A stretch of DNA of 64,000 nucleotides from NCBI GenBank assembly GCA_963716205.1, contig OY970290.1, positions 520,322 through 584,321 on the forward strand, written 5' to 3'. The notes beneath the pieces were generated by a model, which saw only the letters and a program-made list of their open reading frames with translations, did not search any database and was not told the DNA's origin. Source of the stretch: an uncultured bacterium. GTDB taxonomy: Bacteria; Patescibacteriota; Minisyncoccia; Phycocordibacterales; GWA1-40-21. A program made the position numbers and the translations under genes. Numbering within the stretch: the first letter of the stretch is position 1; each line of letters begins with the position of its first letter. Positions 9,840 through 20,008 of the stretch are shown here, piece by piece.

Positions 9840-10913
9840 CAGTTTGAAACTTTTAGCTCATAAAGAGCATCGAAAGGCGCATTTAGCGTATATTTTTCAA
9901 CGTTTTTCCCCTTTACCGTAAAGTTCAAGAATACTTTTCTGATAAAATAATCCAGTTCAGCCATATTTTTGATAGAAGCCAATGTTTTAGCCATATTCTC
10001 CATAATTTCAAGAAATTCAGAATATGTCTTGATATTTATTTTATTCTTTCCAATAAATTTTTCTGCCTCGGCTATAGCTACCTCACTTTCCTTTATTTTT
10101 TCGTCATACCGTTTTAGATCATCCTTGTAATAGGCTTTGACACTCTCCGGCTCATCATGCAAAAGCAAATCCTTAGTTCTCAGCAATTTTTCATTGGATT
10201 GAATTTTAGTTGCTTGAAGAGAAAGAAGTTTTTGTCTTGCCTCATTCACGCGGTTTTTGGATACAATTTTCATCTCCTCGACATAATGATCATAACTTTC
10301 TTTGGAAGAAAAAGGTTTGCTAGCCAAAAATTTATAAATATAGGATGTGATCACATTGGCACGCAAAGATTTTCCACGCCTTGGACAATCATCATTATCG
10401 CAACGATAGTAAAAATATCTGACAATACCATCTTTTGTTTTCTTTGATGTCGCTCCTGCCGTCATTGATTCGCCACATTCACTACAAAAAATAATACCGT
10501 TCATAAGATGGGCTTTTACACCTTCGGCTTTGCGATAAGCCTTTGCCAATCTAATATACTGTGCATCCGAAGACAACTTATTTATCTGCATAAATTCCGG
10601 AACACTGATCATTGGCACAAATCCATACAACTCTATGAGATTCGTGATCTCATTTTTTCCATACTTGAGTATACCCGTATAAACAGGATCTCTGAGCATC
10701 TTATCAATTTTTTGTTTTGTCGCTTTGAAAGGTTTTGGTTTTTCACCGACATTATTGGTGTGAGTATATCCGCTTGCATTTATATAATCCGCGATTTCAT
10801 CGAGTGTTTTGCCTAACAGCCGTGTTTGGTTTCTCAGTAACAACAGGCTTCGGCAAACGCTCAACAACATCCGTCAAATTATCCTTTTTTGTAAAACCCC
10901 TTAACATACCCAT
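9821..10913 (-). pseudogene. Large serine recombinase remnant (recombinase, Zn-ribbon and coiled-coil kept; catalytic domain deleted), reading into the tRNA-Leu 3' end
   Basis: KTLDEIA...RDPVYTG...FCSECGESM...YYRC; a putative N-terminus MGMLRGFTKK from ATG 10913 is out of frame with the rest; the stop lies inside the tRNA T-arm. Confidence 0.8.
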
Positions 10914-11073
10914 ATGATATAACGTTATAATTTTATTTGCAAAACCTGATCTTTACGCTCCTGACCCATAAATTCCTTCATTTCAGCGTTCCATTTTTGG
11001 AAAATCTCAAGATTATTCGTTATAATATCAAAAAGTTCAAGTGTGGTCTCACTATCACCACATCATAAAAAAT

Positions 11074-11104
11074 AAAGAGCGGCGCGCTTCGCGCGCCGCT
11101 CTTT
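11074..11104. terminator. Bidirectional terminator hairpin (AAAGAGCGGCGC family, copy 1)
   Basis: AAAGAGCGGCGCG-CTT-CGCGCGCCGCTCTTT downstream of the RNR gene. Confidence 0.8.
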
Positions 11105-11129
11105 TTGCATTATTTTTCAAACTTTCTCA

Positions 11130-13400
11130 TCAAGCTATTTCGCACATTCCCCCGACACATGCCGCCTCTTTTGCTCCGATTGTCTCATCGCTCTTTTCAT
11201 ACAGAGGAAGCTTGGAAAAATCAACATGTCCAATCTCCTTCTTGCGGCGCTCATATTCCTCTTTGGTAATTTCTTCATATGGAGCGAGCTGGTAGACATG
11301 ATTGCTTCTTGGTAAGAAAGAAAGTCCGCCAATGATATCCCAATTTTTATAAACGAAATCGGCCACGGAGATCCATTCATCCTCGCCGACATAGATAGTC
11401 GAGGATGGATTGTGTTCGGTAAAATTAATTTTCAGTCTTTTCCATTCTGTCAAAAGCTCGAGGGCGGTAACATCTTTGTTGACCATCGCTTCGTCCGGTG
11501 CTTTGCAAGGAAATTCCAAAACCATCGTAGCCGCATTTGACGTGGAATATCCCACTTCGGGTTTGACCGGCACGCCTTGATCAGCAATAAGTTTCAAAAG
11601 CGGATCGTTTGCTGAAATACGGACGCGGCGAATATAATAATGCGAATACCAAGTATGCATTCCCGAACCCACACCCAAAAGCTGACCCGAATTTCCATGT
11701 GGCTTCACACAGGTAATTGCCGTTGATTCATTCGTACCGAATCTTTTTGCGTATTTTTTATTTGTTTTGACAGCTTCATTTCTCAATAATTGCAAATTTT
11801 TATCATTTCGGACAATTTTATTGTCATAATAGCCGGTAATGGAAACTCCGAGCAGCTGTTCTTTTTCGCAATTTTCTTTCCATTCCTTTGAAAGATACTC
11901 GAATTTGGTTAATGTTGCCTGATAGGTGCCGAGAATAGTCGCAAGACGCATTTTATTTTTCAATGTTTCCATCGTATCATGCGGCCTGACCACGATTGAG
12001 GTCAAATTGCAGAATTGTTTTGACTGTAAATAAATTTCTCCGCAGGGATTCATTCCCACTTGTTTTGCATTTTTCAGATTTTTCCATCGGCGGGCAGGAA
12101 CTTGGGATTGAAGACCTCCCCGATTGAAAATGCCCCGCTCGCCAGAATGCGAAGTAACAAGAGCTGTCCATTCTTCGAGAAATTCCTCCGCGGATGGTCT
12201 GTTTTCATAGACTGCGGAATCATTCGCCATCGAACGTTGCCCGTCTGTCTGCCAAAAAGCTCCTTTTTTTGCATCACGCATTTCAGAATCATCAAAATCG
12301 GAAAGAGAAATAAGCGCACTTCGCCTGACACCACCGGCAACTACGATCAAACCTATCTGGCAGATGATATCATGAAGATCGAGTGTCGAAAGACGTCGGC
12401 CTTGGCGAGCAAGAATTTTTCGGCGGGTAAATTGCATAAGTTCGCGAAGCGGATCCGGACCGGATGCACGGCCTCCCATAACAGATAATTTTGCACCGGC
12501 TGGACGGACTTTTGAATAATCAATATCCACATCCATTCCCTTTTCCCACGCCTCGCATGCTGAAACAAAAGCATTGCACCATCCTTCCTTGCTATCTTCA
12601 ACGATAATTTTTTGAGCTTTTGCACCGATCTGTTTTTGAATCTGGGGAAATTTTCCGACATTCTCGGATTCAACGGAAAAACCGCATCCTCCTCCGCACA
12701 TGGAAACGTACATAATTTCTGAAAGATCTCGCCATGTTGTCGGAGCGATATAAGCGCAGTTATACGCAGTCACATTTGATCTTCTTGCTGCTTTGCCCGA
12801 TGACCAGAGAAGTCTCATTGACGGACAAACTTCCTGATGAATGATCGCCTCTCGAATTTCAAGATATTCTTTTGGGGTCAATTTCGATTTCATATTCTCT
12901 TTCATGAAATCCATAAAACGGTCGATGGCTTCAACCCATGTTTCGCGGCGTCCGAGTTCTTCACGCCATCTCGAATAAAATTGATAGAAAATAAATTCCT
13001 GATATGACGATATGAAATATTTGCCGTCTTCGGTAATTTTTTTCCTGACATCTGCCGGAACGGATTCATTTCGCTCGCGAATTCTTGTTCTTTCCTGCCG
13101 ATACAGAATATATTCCTTCGCCGTTTTTACATATTCGGAAAGAATCAATTCTTTTTCGACAATATCCTGAATTCCCTCAACATCTGGCACAAAATCCTTG
13201 AATTTCTTGGTGATTCTGACAAGTTCGGCAAGAACTTTGTTGGCAACAAGCGCAGCTTCCTCGGGAGATCCCTCTCCAACAACGGTCATGGCTTTGCTGA
13301 TAGCGTTTGCAATTTTCGATTCATCGAATGCGACAATTTGTCCGTCTCTCTTTTTGATATGCTTGATAAAACTTGTCTTGCCGCTTCCTATTTTCACCAT
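11130..13400 (-). CDS. nrdJ: Class II (adenosylcobalamin-dependent) ribonucleotide reductase with N-terminal ATP cone
   Basis: IKKRDG...FDESKI ATP cone; YNCAY, GGVRRSALISL, NPCGEI, FCNL, TCVKP, C-terminal CVGGMCE. Confidence 0.88.
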   Translation of the reverse strand: MVKIGSGKTSFIKHIKKRDGQIVAFDESKIANAISKAMTVVGEGSPEEAALVANKVLAELVRITKKFKDFVPDVEGIQDIVEKELILSEYVKTAKEYILYRQERTRIRERNESVPADVRKKITEDGKYFISSYQEFIFYQFYSRWREELGRRETWVEAIDRFMDFMKENMKSKLTPKEYLEIREAIIHQEVCPSMRLLWSSGKAARRSNVTAYNCAYIAPTTWRDLSEIMYVSMCGGGCGFSVESENVGKFPQIQKQIGAKAQKIIVEDSKEGWCNAFVSACEAWEKGMDVDIDYSKVRPAGAKLSVMGGRASGPDPLRELMQFTRRKILARQGRRLSTLDLHDIICQIGLIVVAGGVRRSALISLSDFDDSEMRDAKKGAFWQTDGQRSMANDSAVYENRPSAEEFLEEWTALVTSHSGERGIFNRGGLQSQVPARRWKNLKNAKQVGMNPCGEIYLQSKQFCNLTSIVVRPHDTMETLKNKMRLATILGTYQATLTKFEYLSKEWKENCEKEQLLGVSITGYYDNKIVRNDKNLQLLRNEAVKTNKKYAKRFGTNESTAITCVKPHGNSGQLLGVGSGMHTWYSHYYIRRVRISANDPLLKLIADQGVPVKPEVGYSTSNAATMVLEFPCKAPDEAMVNKDVTALELLTEWKRLKINFTEHNPSSTIYVGEDEWISVADFVYKNWDIIGGLSFLPRSNHVYQLAPYEEITKEEYERRKKEIGHVDFSKLPLYEKSDETIGAKEAACVGGMCEIA

Positions 13401-13444
13401 GTTTGTAAAAAATTATTTCGATTAATAAAAGTTATACTCATATT

Positions 13445-13460
13445 ACACTAAATATCCTGA
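13445..13460. promoter_or_regulatory. Possible NrdR box upstream of nrdJ
   Basis: ACACTAAATATCCTGA resembles acaCwAtATaTwGtg; only one box seen. Confidence 0.4.
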
Positions 13461-13591
13461 AAAAAAATAGAAAATGAAGTTTTTTTCAAAAAATAAACTA
13501 AAAAAACTGTCCTGTAAAGCACCTTGCCGAGAGGCGCTTATAAATAAAGAGATTTTTGGTCGTCAAAAATAATTTTCGAGTGCCAGCTTTT

Positions 13592-14125
13592 TTATTTTTC
13601 GGAAAAACTGATTTTGTTACCCACTTCCAGATTATTTTTATCGGAAAATCCGGCCGGCAGCTCCAAAACATACTGTGCGAGATATTGTCCGCCGAATGTT
13701 TGCGATTGTTGCGGATTTTGCGCATTAAATGTGCTCGGATTTACATTTTTTGCAATGCCGACAATCTGAAAATCCGCGCTGATCCACACCATATCGAGCG
13801 AAAAATTCATATCCTGCATCCAAAACGGATAATATCCGGGAACATCAAAAATAAAAATCATTCCGGTACCGTCAGCAAGTGTAGCTCTTCCGGAAAGTCC
13901 GAGCACCCGCTTGCATTCCGTGTCGGAAATATCGACGTTTATTGTTTTACTATTTATGGCGACCAAACCCTGCTGATAACTTCCGCAGCTTCCAGGAATT
14001 TCCGCGGAGCTTGTCGCAATATTTGTGTTGGAAGAATTATTTGGATGCCAGGTAAAAGAAATAATCGCAAAAATAATCAGGAGAAATAACAAAAGAATAT
14101 AGGTGTGCTTGTTTTTATATTCCAT
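13592..14125 (-). CDS. DUF192 domain protein
   Basis: GLSGR..L....GMIFIF....FWM.DM.FSLDMVWI...YVLEL.AG. Confidence 0.88.
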   Translation of the reverse strand: MEYKNKHTYILLLFLLIIFAIISFTWHPNNSSNTNIATSSAEIPGSCGSYQQGLVAINSKTINVDISDTECKRVLGLSGRATLADGTGMIFIFDVPGYYPFWMQDMNFSLDMVWISADFQIVGIAKNVNPSTFNAQNPQQSQTFGGQYLAQYVLELPAGFSDKNNLEVGNKISFSEK

Positions 14126-14136
14126 ACAAATAAAAT

Positions 14137-15000
14137 TTAGAGAAATTTGAAACTCTGCGCCATGCTTTCCAAAATAGTTTGCACTTTTGATTCATCAAAC
14201 GCTGTCACTGCACCGACAGGATAATTTTCAATATTTCCGGAGTGAATCGTATACTCAATTGCGTAGCATTCGCCGCCTCGCACCACTCGATAACTTGTCG
14301 TATCATATAAATTCCCCGCGCCGGCGTCAGAAAAAGTAATTTTGGTAAATTGAATGCCATTGATCGTTGCCAGTGAAACTTTTTCCATGTTCGGAAATTC
14401 GGGAACGAGGCATTGTGAGACGGCATCCGGATCGCCTGATACGCCTATCGTGAACTTCGCATCACCGAAATTCGTCTGCGGCATAAATGTTTTCGGAATA
14501 TAAATTTCGGCAAGTTGAAGTCCCGAGCTCGTCGACTCCTCTGCCCAATCTTGCGAGTATCCCGCCTCGCCGAAAAGAGAAAATTGATTCGGGAATGAAA
14601 AGGAAAATAGTTTTGATGTATCGGTAAAGCTTGTCGTATTCACATCGATTGATTTTTCAATTCCGGAAATGCAATTTGAATAGGTCGTTGCATCGCCTTC
14701 GGTGATAAACGCATTGTCTCCTTCGTTCCAGAAAACCAGCGTGTCGGATGCATAGCGTGCGCCCGATGCGGAGATCGTTTGCGGCAAAGTCATTTGTCGC
14801 CCATCGGAAAGAGAAAGTGCAACGCTGCTTGACGAATAAACGGCGACAATCGCACCCTCCTGACAATAATACGTCGAGACATTCGATGCAATTCCTGCGG
14901 GCGATTGAGGAATTCTACTGCCAATAATGCTTCCGACACCAATGGCGGCAATAACGATAACGACACAAATACCTATGTAAATAATGATCTTTTTGATCAT
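14137..15000 (-). CDS. MliC/PliC-domain exported protein
   Basis: TM/signal, YYC...LPQTISASGARY....FWNEG.NA. Confidence 0.75.
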   Translation of the reverse strand: MIKKIIIYIGICVVIVIAAIGVGSIIGSRIPQSPAGIASNVSTYYCQEGAIVAVYSSSSVALSLSDGRQMTLPQTISASGARYASDTLVFWNEGDNAFITEGDATTYSNCISGIEKSIDVNTTSFTDTSKLFSFSFPNQFSLFGEAGYSQDWAEESTSSGLQLAEIYIPKTFMPQTNFGDAKFTIGVSGDPDAVSQCLVPEFPNMEKVSLATINGIQFTKITFSDAGAGNLYDTTSYRVVRGGECYAIEYTIHSGNIENYPVGAVTAFDESKVQTILESMAQSFKFL

Positions 15001-15032
15001 GGCAATATTATAGCACAAATTTTTTGTCTCTG

Positions 15033-15120
15033 CGGAGGGTGCGAGATTCGAACTCGCGAGACCCTTTCGAGCCTACAGACTTTCCAGGTCTGCGCACTAG
15101 ACCAACTATGCGAACCCTCC
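15033..15120 (-). tRNA. tRNA-Ser(GGA)
   Basis: GGAGGGT acceptor, CAGAC-CTGGAAA-GTCTG, long variable arm, GTTCGAATC, G73. Confidence 0.95.
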
Positions 15121-15137
15121 GTGAAAAGGATAATACG

Positions 15138-15818
15138 CTAAATCGAACGATAAATCAAAATGCTCAGAAGTGCAAAAAGGATCGCGAGATATAAAGTATA
15201 TTTCGCGATGATTAAAAAAACACCGGCGCCGGAGAGCATAAAAAGAAAAATAAATCCGACTCCGCAGCATTCGAGAATCATTTTTATTTTTCCAACGGTT
15301 TTTGCCGGCACGATTTTCCCTTTGAATCGATAATATGCTGATGCAATAAGCAGAAGCTCGATGCCGATGATACTGAATGCGAGAAGCGGGCTTAAAAATT
15401 TGAATATCAGAATGCCGCCGACACTTCCGATCAAAAGTTTGTCGGCAAACGGATCAAAAACAATTCCCCAATCGGTGATCTGATTTCTCGTCCGGGCGAG
15501 TGCGCCGTCGACTGCATCCGAAAGTGCTGCAATGAAAAATAAAATGAAAGCTGTCATATAATCATTGTTCAGTAAAAGAATAATAATGAACGGAATCGAA
15601 ACGAATCTGAAAATCGTCACCATGTTCGGCCGCACATATTGTGGAATCGCCCACAAAAGCACCGCATTTAAAAATGTGTCCACCGGAGTAACCTTGGCGA
15701 TATATTTCGGCCTCGGCTTGTCAAAAACCCTGAACAGCAATGCCTTCAGCTCGATTTTATTTTCAATATTTGAAGAAATTCTCTTTGCAAACTTTTCTTT
15801 TTTAAAATTTTCTTCCAT
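15138..15818 (-). CDS. CDP-alcohol phosphatidyltransferase (PgsA-like)
   Basis: PN.VT..R; DAVDGALAR...TDWG..FDPFADK. Confidence 0.88.
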   Translation of the reverse strand: MEENFKKEKFAKRISSNIENKIELKALLFRVFDKPRPKYIAKVTPVDTFLNAVLLWAIPQYVRPNMVTIFRFVSIPFIIILLLNNDYMTAFILFFIAALSDAVDGALARTRNQITDWGIVFDPFADKLLIGSVGGILIFKFLSPLLAFSIIGIELLLIASAYYRFKGKIVPAKTVGKIKMILECCGVGFIFLFMLSGAGVFLIIAKYTLYLAILFALLSILIYRSI

Positions 15819-15829
15819 TGAAGATTTGA

Positions 15830-16726
15830 TTACTGGATATTCATTCCCACGAGCGCTTTGATTCTATCGGCAATCGGCGGATGCGTGCTGAACAAAGCCG
15901 CGGTCTTTTTGCCAAGTCCGCTGAACGGATCAGAAATGAAAAGATGGGCTGTCGCGGTATTCGGATTTTTCATGGGAATGCTGGCAGCGGAAATTTTCTG
16001 CAGTGCCGAAGCTAAACCTTCCGGATACCTTGTTAAAAGTGCGCCGGAGGCATCGGCGAGATATTCCCTCTTGCGCGAAATCGCAAGCTGTATCAATGTC
16101 GCAACGATCGGCGAAAGAATGATGAAAATAACTCCGACAATCATAATGATCGCCCCGCCTTCACCTTTTTCACGGTTTTGTCCGCTGCCGAACATGCTTC
16201 CACGGATGAAAATATTTGCGAGCAGTGAAATGAATCCGACAAGCACCACGACAACGGTTGAAAGTAAAATATCCCTGTTGCCGATATGCGACATTTCATG
16301 GGCGATGACACCTTCAAGCTCGACTTTATTCATCATACTGAGCAATCCTGTTGTTACACAGACAACGGCATGCTCTTTATTTCTTCCGGTGGCAAAGGCA
16401 TTCGGCGAAGGATCTTGCACTATATACACCTTTGGCATCGGCAATCCGGCAGTGATGGAAAGATTTTCGATAATATTATAGAGATCATGATATTGAGTCC
16501 TGTCTGCCTCTTTTGCACCGGAAACAGAAAGGACGATGTTAGCAGAATACCAATAGCTCGCGATGTTCATGAGAACACTAAAAATAATGGCGATATACAA
16601 AATATCCGGACTGTCGAAATAATAGCTCGCAAAATATCCGATGCCGACAATCACAGCCAAAAACACGGCCATCAAAAGCCATGTGCGATGAATATTTTTC
16701 GATTGTTGCGTGTAGAGCGTGGACAT
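15830..16726 (-). CDS. htpX: M48 zinc metalloprotease HtpX
   Basis: PNAFATG, AHEMSH, SRKREYLAD, STHP. Confidence 0.92.
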   Translation of the reverse strand: MSTLYTQQSKNIHRTWLLMAVFLAVIVGIGYFASYYFDSPDILYIAIIFSVLMNIASYWYSANIVLSVSGAKEADRTQYHDLYNIIENLSITAGLPMPKVYIVQDPSPNAFATGRNKEHAVVCVTTGLLSMMNKVELEGVIAHEMSHIGNRDILLSTVVVVLVGFISLLANIFIRGSMFGSGQNREKGEGGAIIMIVGVIFIILSPIVATLIQLAISRKREYLADASGALLTRYPEGLASALQKISAASIPMKNPNTATAHLFISDPFSGLGKKTAALFSTHPPIADRIKALVGMNIQ

Positions 16727-16727
16727 A

Positions 16728-17210
16728 TTATTTTTTCACAAGAATTTTATCAACCATTTCTATTTCTTCCCAAATGCCGGAGATCAAATCATAATCTTTT
16801 GCCTCTTCCAAAGTAACCCATTTGTAATCCATGCTGTCGGCATCAAGCTTCACAACGCCAGATTTATATTCCGCATAATAACTCAAAACCACCACTGGAA
16901 TTCCTTTTTTGTTTATAAAAATCAAATCGAGCAAATATTCCGGCTTCTCAATTTCAAGATTTACTTCTTCGCGGACTTCCCTTTTTAAGGTTTCATCAAG
17001 AATATGATACCATTGATTTTCTTTGGTTGTCGGTTTGGAATTCATGTAATCATCCGCACTCAACTTTCCTCCCGGCACATGCCAGCGATGAGTAAAATTT
17101 TCCTCTGTCGAAGATCTCTGAGTAATGAGATATTCAAAATCGTTTCCTCTTTTTTTATAAACAATAGCGGTTAACGCAATCTTATGCAGTTCTTTGTCTT
17201 GAATCTCCAT
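16728..17210 (-). CDS. NUDIX hydrolase
   Basis: PGGK...LKREVREEVNL. Confidence 0.85.
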   Translation of the reverse strand: MEIQDKELHKIALTAIVYKKRGNDFEYLITQRSSTEENFTHRWHVPGGKLSADDYMNSKPTTKENQWYHILDETLKREVREEVNLEIEKPEYLLDLIFINKKGIPVVVLSYYAEYKSGVVKLDADSMDYKWVTLEEAKDYDLISGIWEEIEMVDKILVKK

Positions 17211-17219
17211 TTTTAAAAA

Positions 17220-17777
17220 CTAGAATTTTACTTCGACAGGATTCTTTGCCGCAGCATCGGATTCATCAAGCGTAAAGAGTTCCATTTTCACGAAATGAAA
17301 TGTTCCGGCAATGAAGTTGCTCGGGAATGCATCAATGGCAATATTGAGATCCATGACATTGCCGTTATAAAATCTTCGCGCTGACTGGATTTTATTTTCC
17401 GTGTCCGAAAGCTCGCTCTGCAGGGAAAGAAAGTTTTGGTTTGCCTTCAAATCCGGATATGCTTCAGCGATTGCAAAAATGGATTTGAGTGCGCTGGAAA
17501 GGACATTTTCTGTCTTGCCTTTATCCACGATATTTTGCGCGCCCATCGCCGCTGCCCGCGCCTTGGTCACATTTTCAAACGCTTCAGACTCGTGCGCTGC
17601 GTACCCTTTCACGGTATTGACCAAATTTGGAATCAAATCGTATCTTCGTTTCAGTTGAACATCGATATCGGACCATGCTTCTTTTGCGTGGTTGATGAGT
17701 GTGATGAATTTGTTGTAAGCAAAAATCGCCCAGAGAACGATAACTGCCAAAATAATCAATAATACGGTTCCTGTCAT
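17220..17777 (-). CDS. lemA: LemA family protein
   Basis: WSDIDVQLKRRYDLIPNLV, AEAYPDLKANQNF, ARRFYN. Confidence 0.93.
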   Translation of the reverse strand: MTGTVLLIILAVIVLWAIFAYNKFITLINHAKEAWSDIDVQLKRRYDLIPNLVNTVKGYAAHESEAFENVTKARAAAMGAQNIVDKGKTENVLSSALKSIFAIAEAYPDLKANQNFLSLQSELSDTENKIQSARRFYNGNVMDLNIAIDAFPSNFIAGTFHFVKMELFTLDESDAAAKNPVEVKF

Positions 17778-17909
17778 AGTTTTGTTTTTATTTCAATAAT
17801 TAAATAATTAAAAGCAATAAAATTGCTCGGTGCCTATCATATCATAAAAATAGAAATAGACCAGCAAAATGGGTTGATTTTTTCCTGCTTTTTGCTATAC
17901 TCTTCTCTC

Positions 17910-18146
17910 ATGACAACTTTTATCGCATTCCTGCCGTATATACAGATCATCCTCGCCGTGCTTTTGGTGGCGGCGATTTTGATGCAAAAATCCGATACCG
18001 GCGTCAGCGGAACGTTCGGCGGAGCGGACAACTGGAACAACGGCTATCATACGAGACGCGGTTTTGAAAAATTCATTTTTAACGCCACCATTATTCTCGC
18101 CGTGCTTTTTGCCGCGGCATCACTTGCAGCTTTGCTTTTGAAATAG
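17910..18146 (+). CDS. secG: Preprotein translocase SecG
   Basis: Two TMs, ILMQ...G..FGG...RRGFEK. Confidence 0.85.
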   Translation: MTTFIAFLPYIQIILAVLLVAAILMQKSDTGVSGTFGGADNWNNGYHTRRGFEKFIFNATIILAVLFAAASLAALLLK

Positions 18147-18191
18147 TAAAATAGCATCACTGATTCTGTGCGCATACTCTAAACACCTTTC

Positions 18192-19946
18192 GTGAAAGAC
18201 AAGATTAAAGATATTCTCAATAAAAAATGGAGAGTGAAATTTTTTGAAAAGCTCTCGCATGCCGTAAAAAATTTCAGCGTCGCTGAAAAGGTTATTTTTT
18301 ATGGGCTTTCGACGATTCTCATTTGTTCAGGACTTGTCATACTTGAAAAAGTAAATATGTCTTTGTCAGTCAATGTGCCGGCAAACGGAGGATCCTTGAC
18401 CGAAGGCATCATTGGCAGCCCGCGATTCGTCAATCCGGTGCTTGCGGTATCGGATGTTGATCAAGACCTCACCGAACTGGTGTATTCCGGTCTGATGAAA
18501 GCGACTTCCAATGATACTTTTGTGCCGAATCTCGCCGAAAGCTATCAAGTATCAACAAGCGGGCTTGAATATATCTTCACCTTAAAAGACAATGCGTATT
18601 TTTCAGACGGAGTGAAAGTCACAGCGGATGATGTCGTCTATACGATAAATGAAATTCAGGATAGTGCGATCAAAAGCCCGGAGCAGCCGGAATTTTACGA
18701 TGTGAAAGTTGAAAAAATAAGCGATAATCAAGTGGAGTTCACACTCAAGCAGCCGTATGCGGCATTTTTAGGAAATCTGACCGTCGGCATATTGCCGAAA
18801 CATATCTGGGGCAACTTGAGCGATACCGAATTCCCTCTTTCTCAATACAATATCGAGCCTGTCGGTTCCGGTCCATATAAAATAAGCAATATGAAAACCT
18901 TGCAGACAGACATGCTGATTATTCCAACTTCTTACGAGCTGACACCTTCCGCCAGTTACGTTTTGGGAAAACCGTTCATTGATCAGCTTTTCATCAATTT
19001 TTATCCTGATGAAAAAACATTGATTGACGCATACAATGGCGGCGCAATAGAATCAATGAATTCGATAGACCCGGCGGATGTTGCAAGCATCAGGAAGCAG
19101 AATAATTCCACCATTCTTACATCGCCCTTGCCGAGAGTTTTTGCGGTCTTTTTCAATCAAAACCAATCTGAAGTTCTCGCGGATAGCGCAGTCAGACAGG
19201 CGCTCAATGAATCGGTGGACAGAAACCAAATTGTTCAGCAAGTGCTTTTCGGATACGGAGAGCCGATTGACGGCCCGATACCGGCGGGATTTTTGGGAAA
19301 TGAAACTTCATCGACAACCATAACGTATAATATTGCACAGGCATCAAGCACTTTGGCAAAAGATGGCTGGACAAAAGATCCGACAACCGGAATACTGGAA
19401 AAGAAAGTGGGGGAAAATACGGAGCAGCTCGCATTTTCAATATCAACACTCAACAGTCCGGATCTCGTCAAAACCGCGGAAATTATTCAGGATGACTGGC
19501 AGCAATTGGGAGTGAAAGTCGACATCGAGCAGTATGATCTCGGTGATTTGGAGCAAAATATCATCCGTCCGAGAAAATTTGATGCGCTTTTATACGGACT
19601 TGTCACCGGACGCGATATGGATTACTTCGCATTCTGGGATTCGTCGCAAAGAAATGATCCTGGCTTGAATATTTCCATGTATGCCAATAGCGATGTCGAC
19701 AAACTTCTGGAAGATGCGAGGGGTACGACAAATCTTGCTGAGCAAAATAAAGATTTCACAGCTTTTGAAAGCGATATTGAACAGGATGTGCCGGCAGTCT
19801 TTCTGTATTCTCCGGAATTCATTTATGTCGTGCCGAATAAAATACAAGGATTGTCGCTCGGCGATATAACGCTGCCGTATGAAAGATTTTTGGACATCAA
19901 CACGTGGTATATCGATACAAACAACATTTGGAAAATATTTCAATAA
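18192..19946 (+). CDS. Family 5 (peptide/nickel) ABC substrate-binding protein
   Basis: P.LAESY...Y.FTLK...FSDG..VTADDV.YT, PVGSGPY. Confidence 0.88.
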   Translation: MKDKIKDILNKKWRVKFFEKLSHAVKNFSVAEKVIFYGLSTILICSGLVILEKVNMSLSVNVPANGGSLTEGIIGSPRFVNPVLAVSDVDQDLTELVYSGLMKATSNDTFVPNLAESYQVSTSGLEYIFTLKDNAYFSDGVKVTADDVVYTINEIQDSAIKSPEQPEFYDVKVEKISDNQVEFTLKQPYAAFLGNLTVGILPKHIWGNLSDTEFPLSQYNIEPVGSGPYKISNMKTLQTDMLIIPTSYELTPSASYVLGKPFIDQLFINFYPDEKTLIDAYNGGAIESMNSIDPADVASIRKQNNSTILTSPLPRVFAVFFNQNQSEVLADSAVRQALNESVDRNQIVQQVLFGYGEPIDGPIPAGFLGNETSSTTITYNIAQASSTLAKDGWTKDPTTGILEKKVGENTEQLAFSISTLNSPDLVKTAEIIQDDWQQLGVKVDIEQYDLGDLEQNIIRPRKFDALLYGLVTGRDMDYFAFWDSSQRNDPGLNISMYANSDVDKLLEDARGTTNLAEQNKDFTAFESDIEQDVPAVFLYSPEFIYVVPNKIQGLSLGDITLPYERFLDINTWYIDTNNIWKIFQ

Positions 19947-20008
19947 AAAAATAAAATTATTATTAACAATTAACGCATCCGAATTTTCCGGGTGCACAAT
20001 ACTATATT

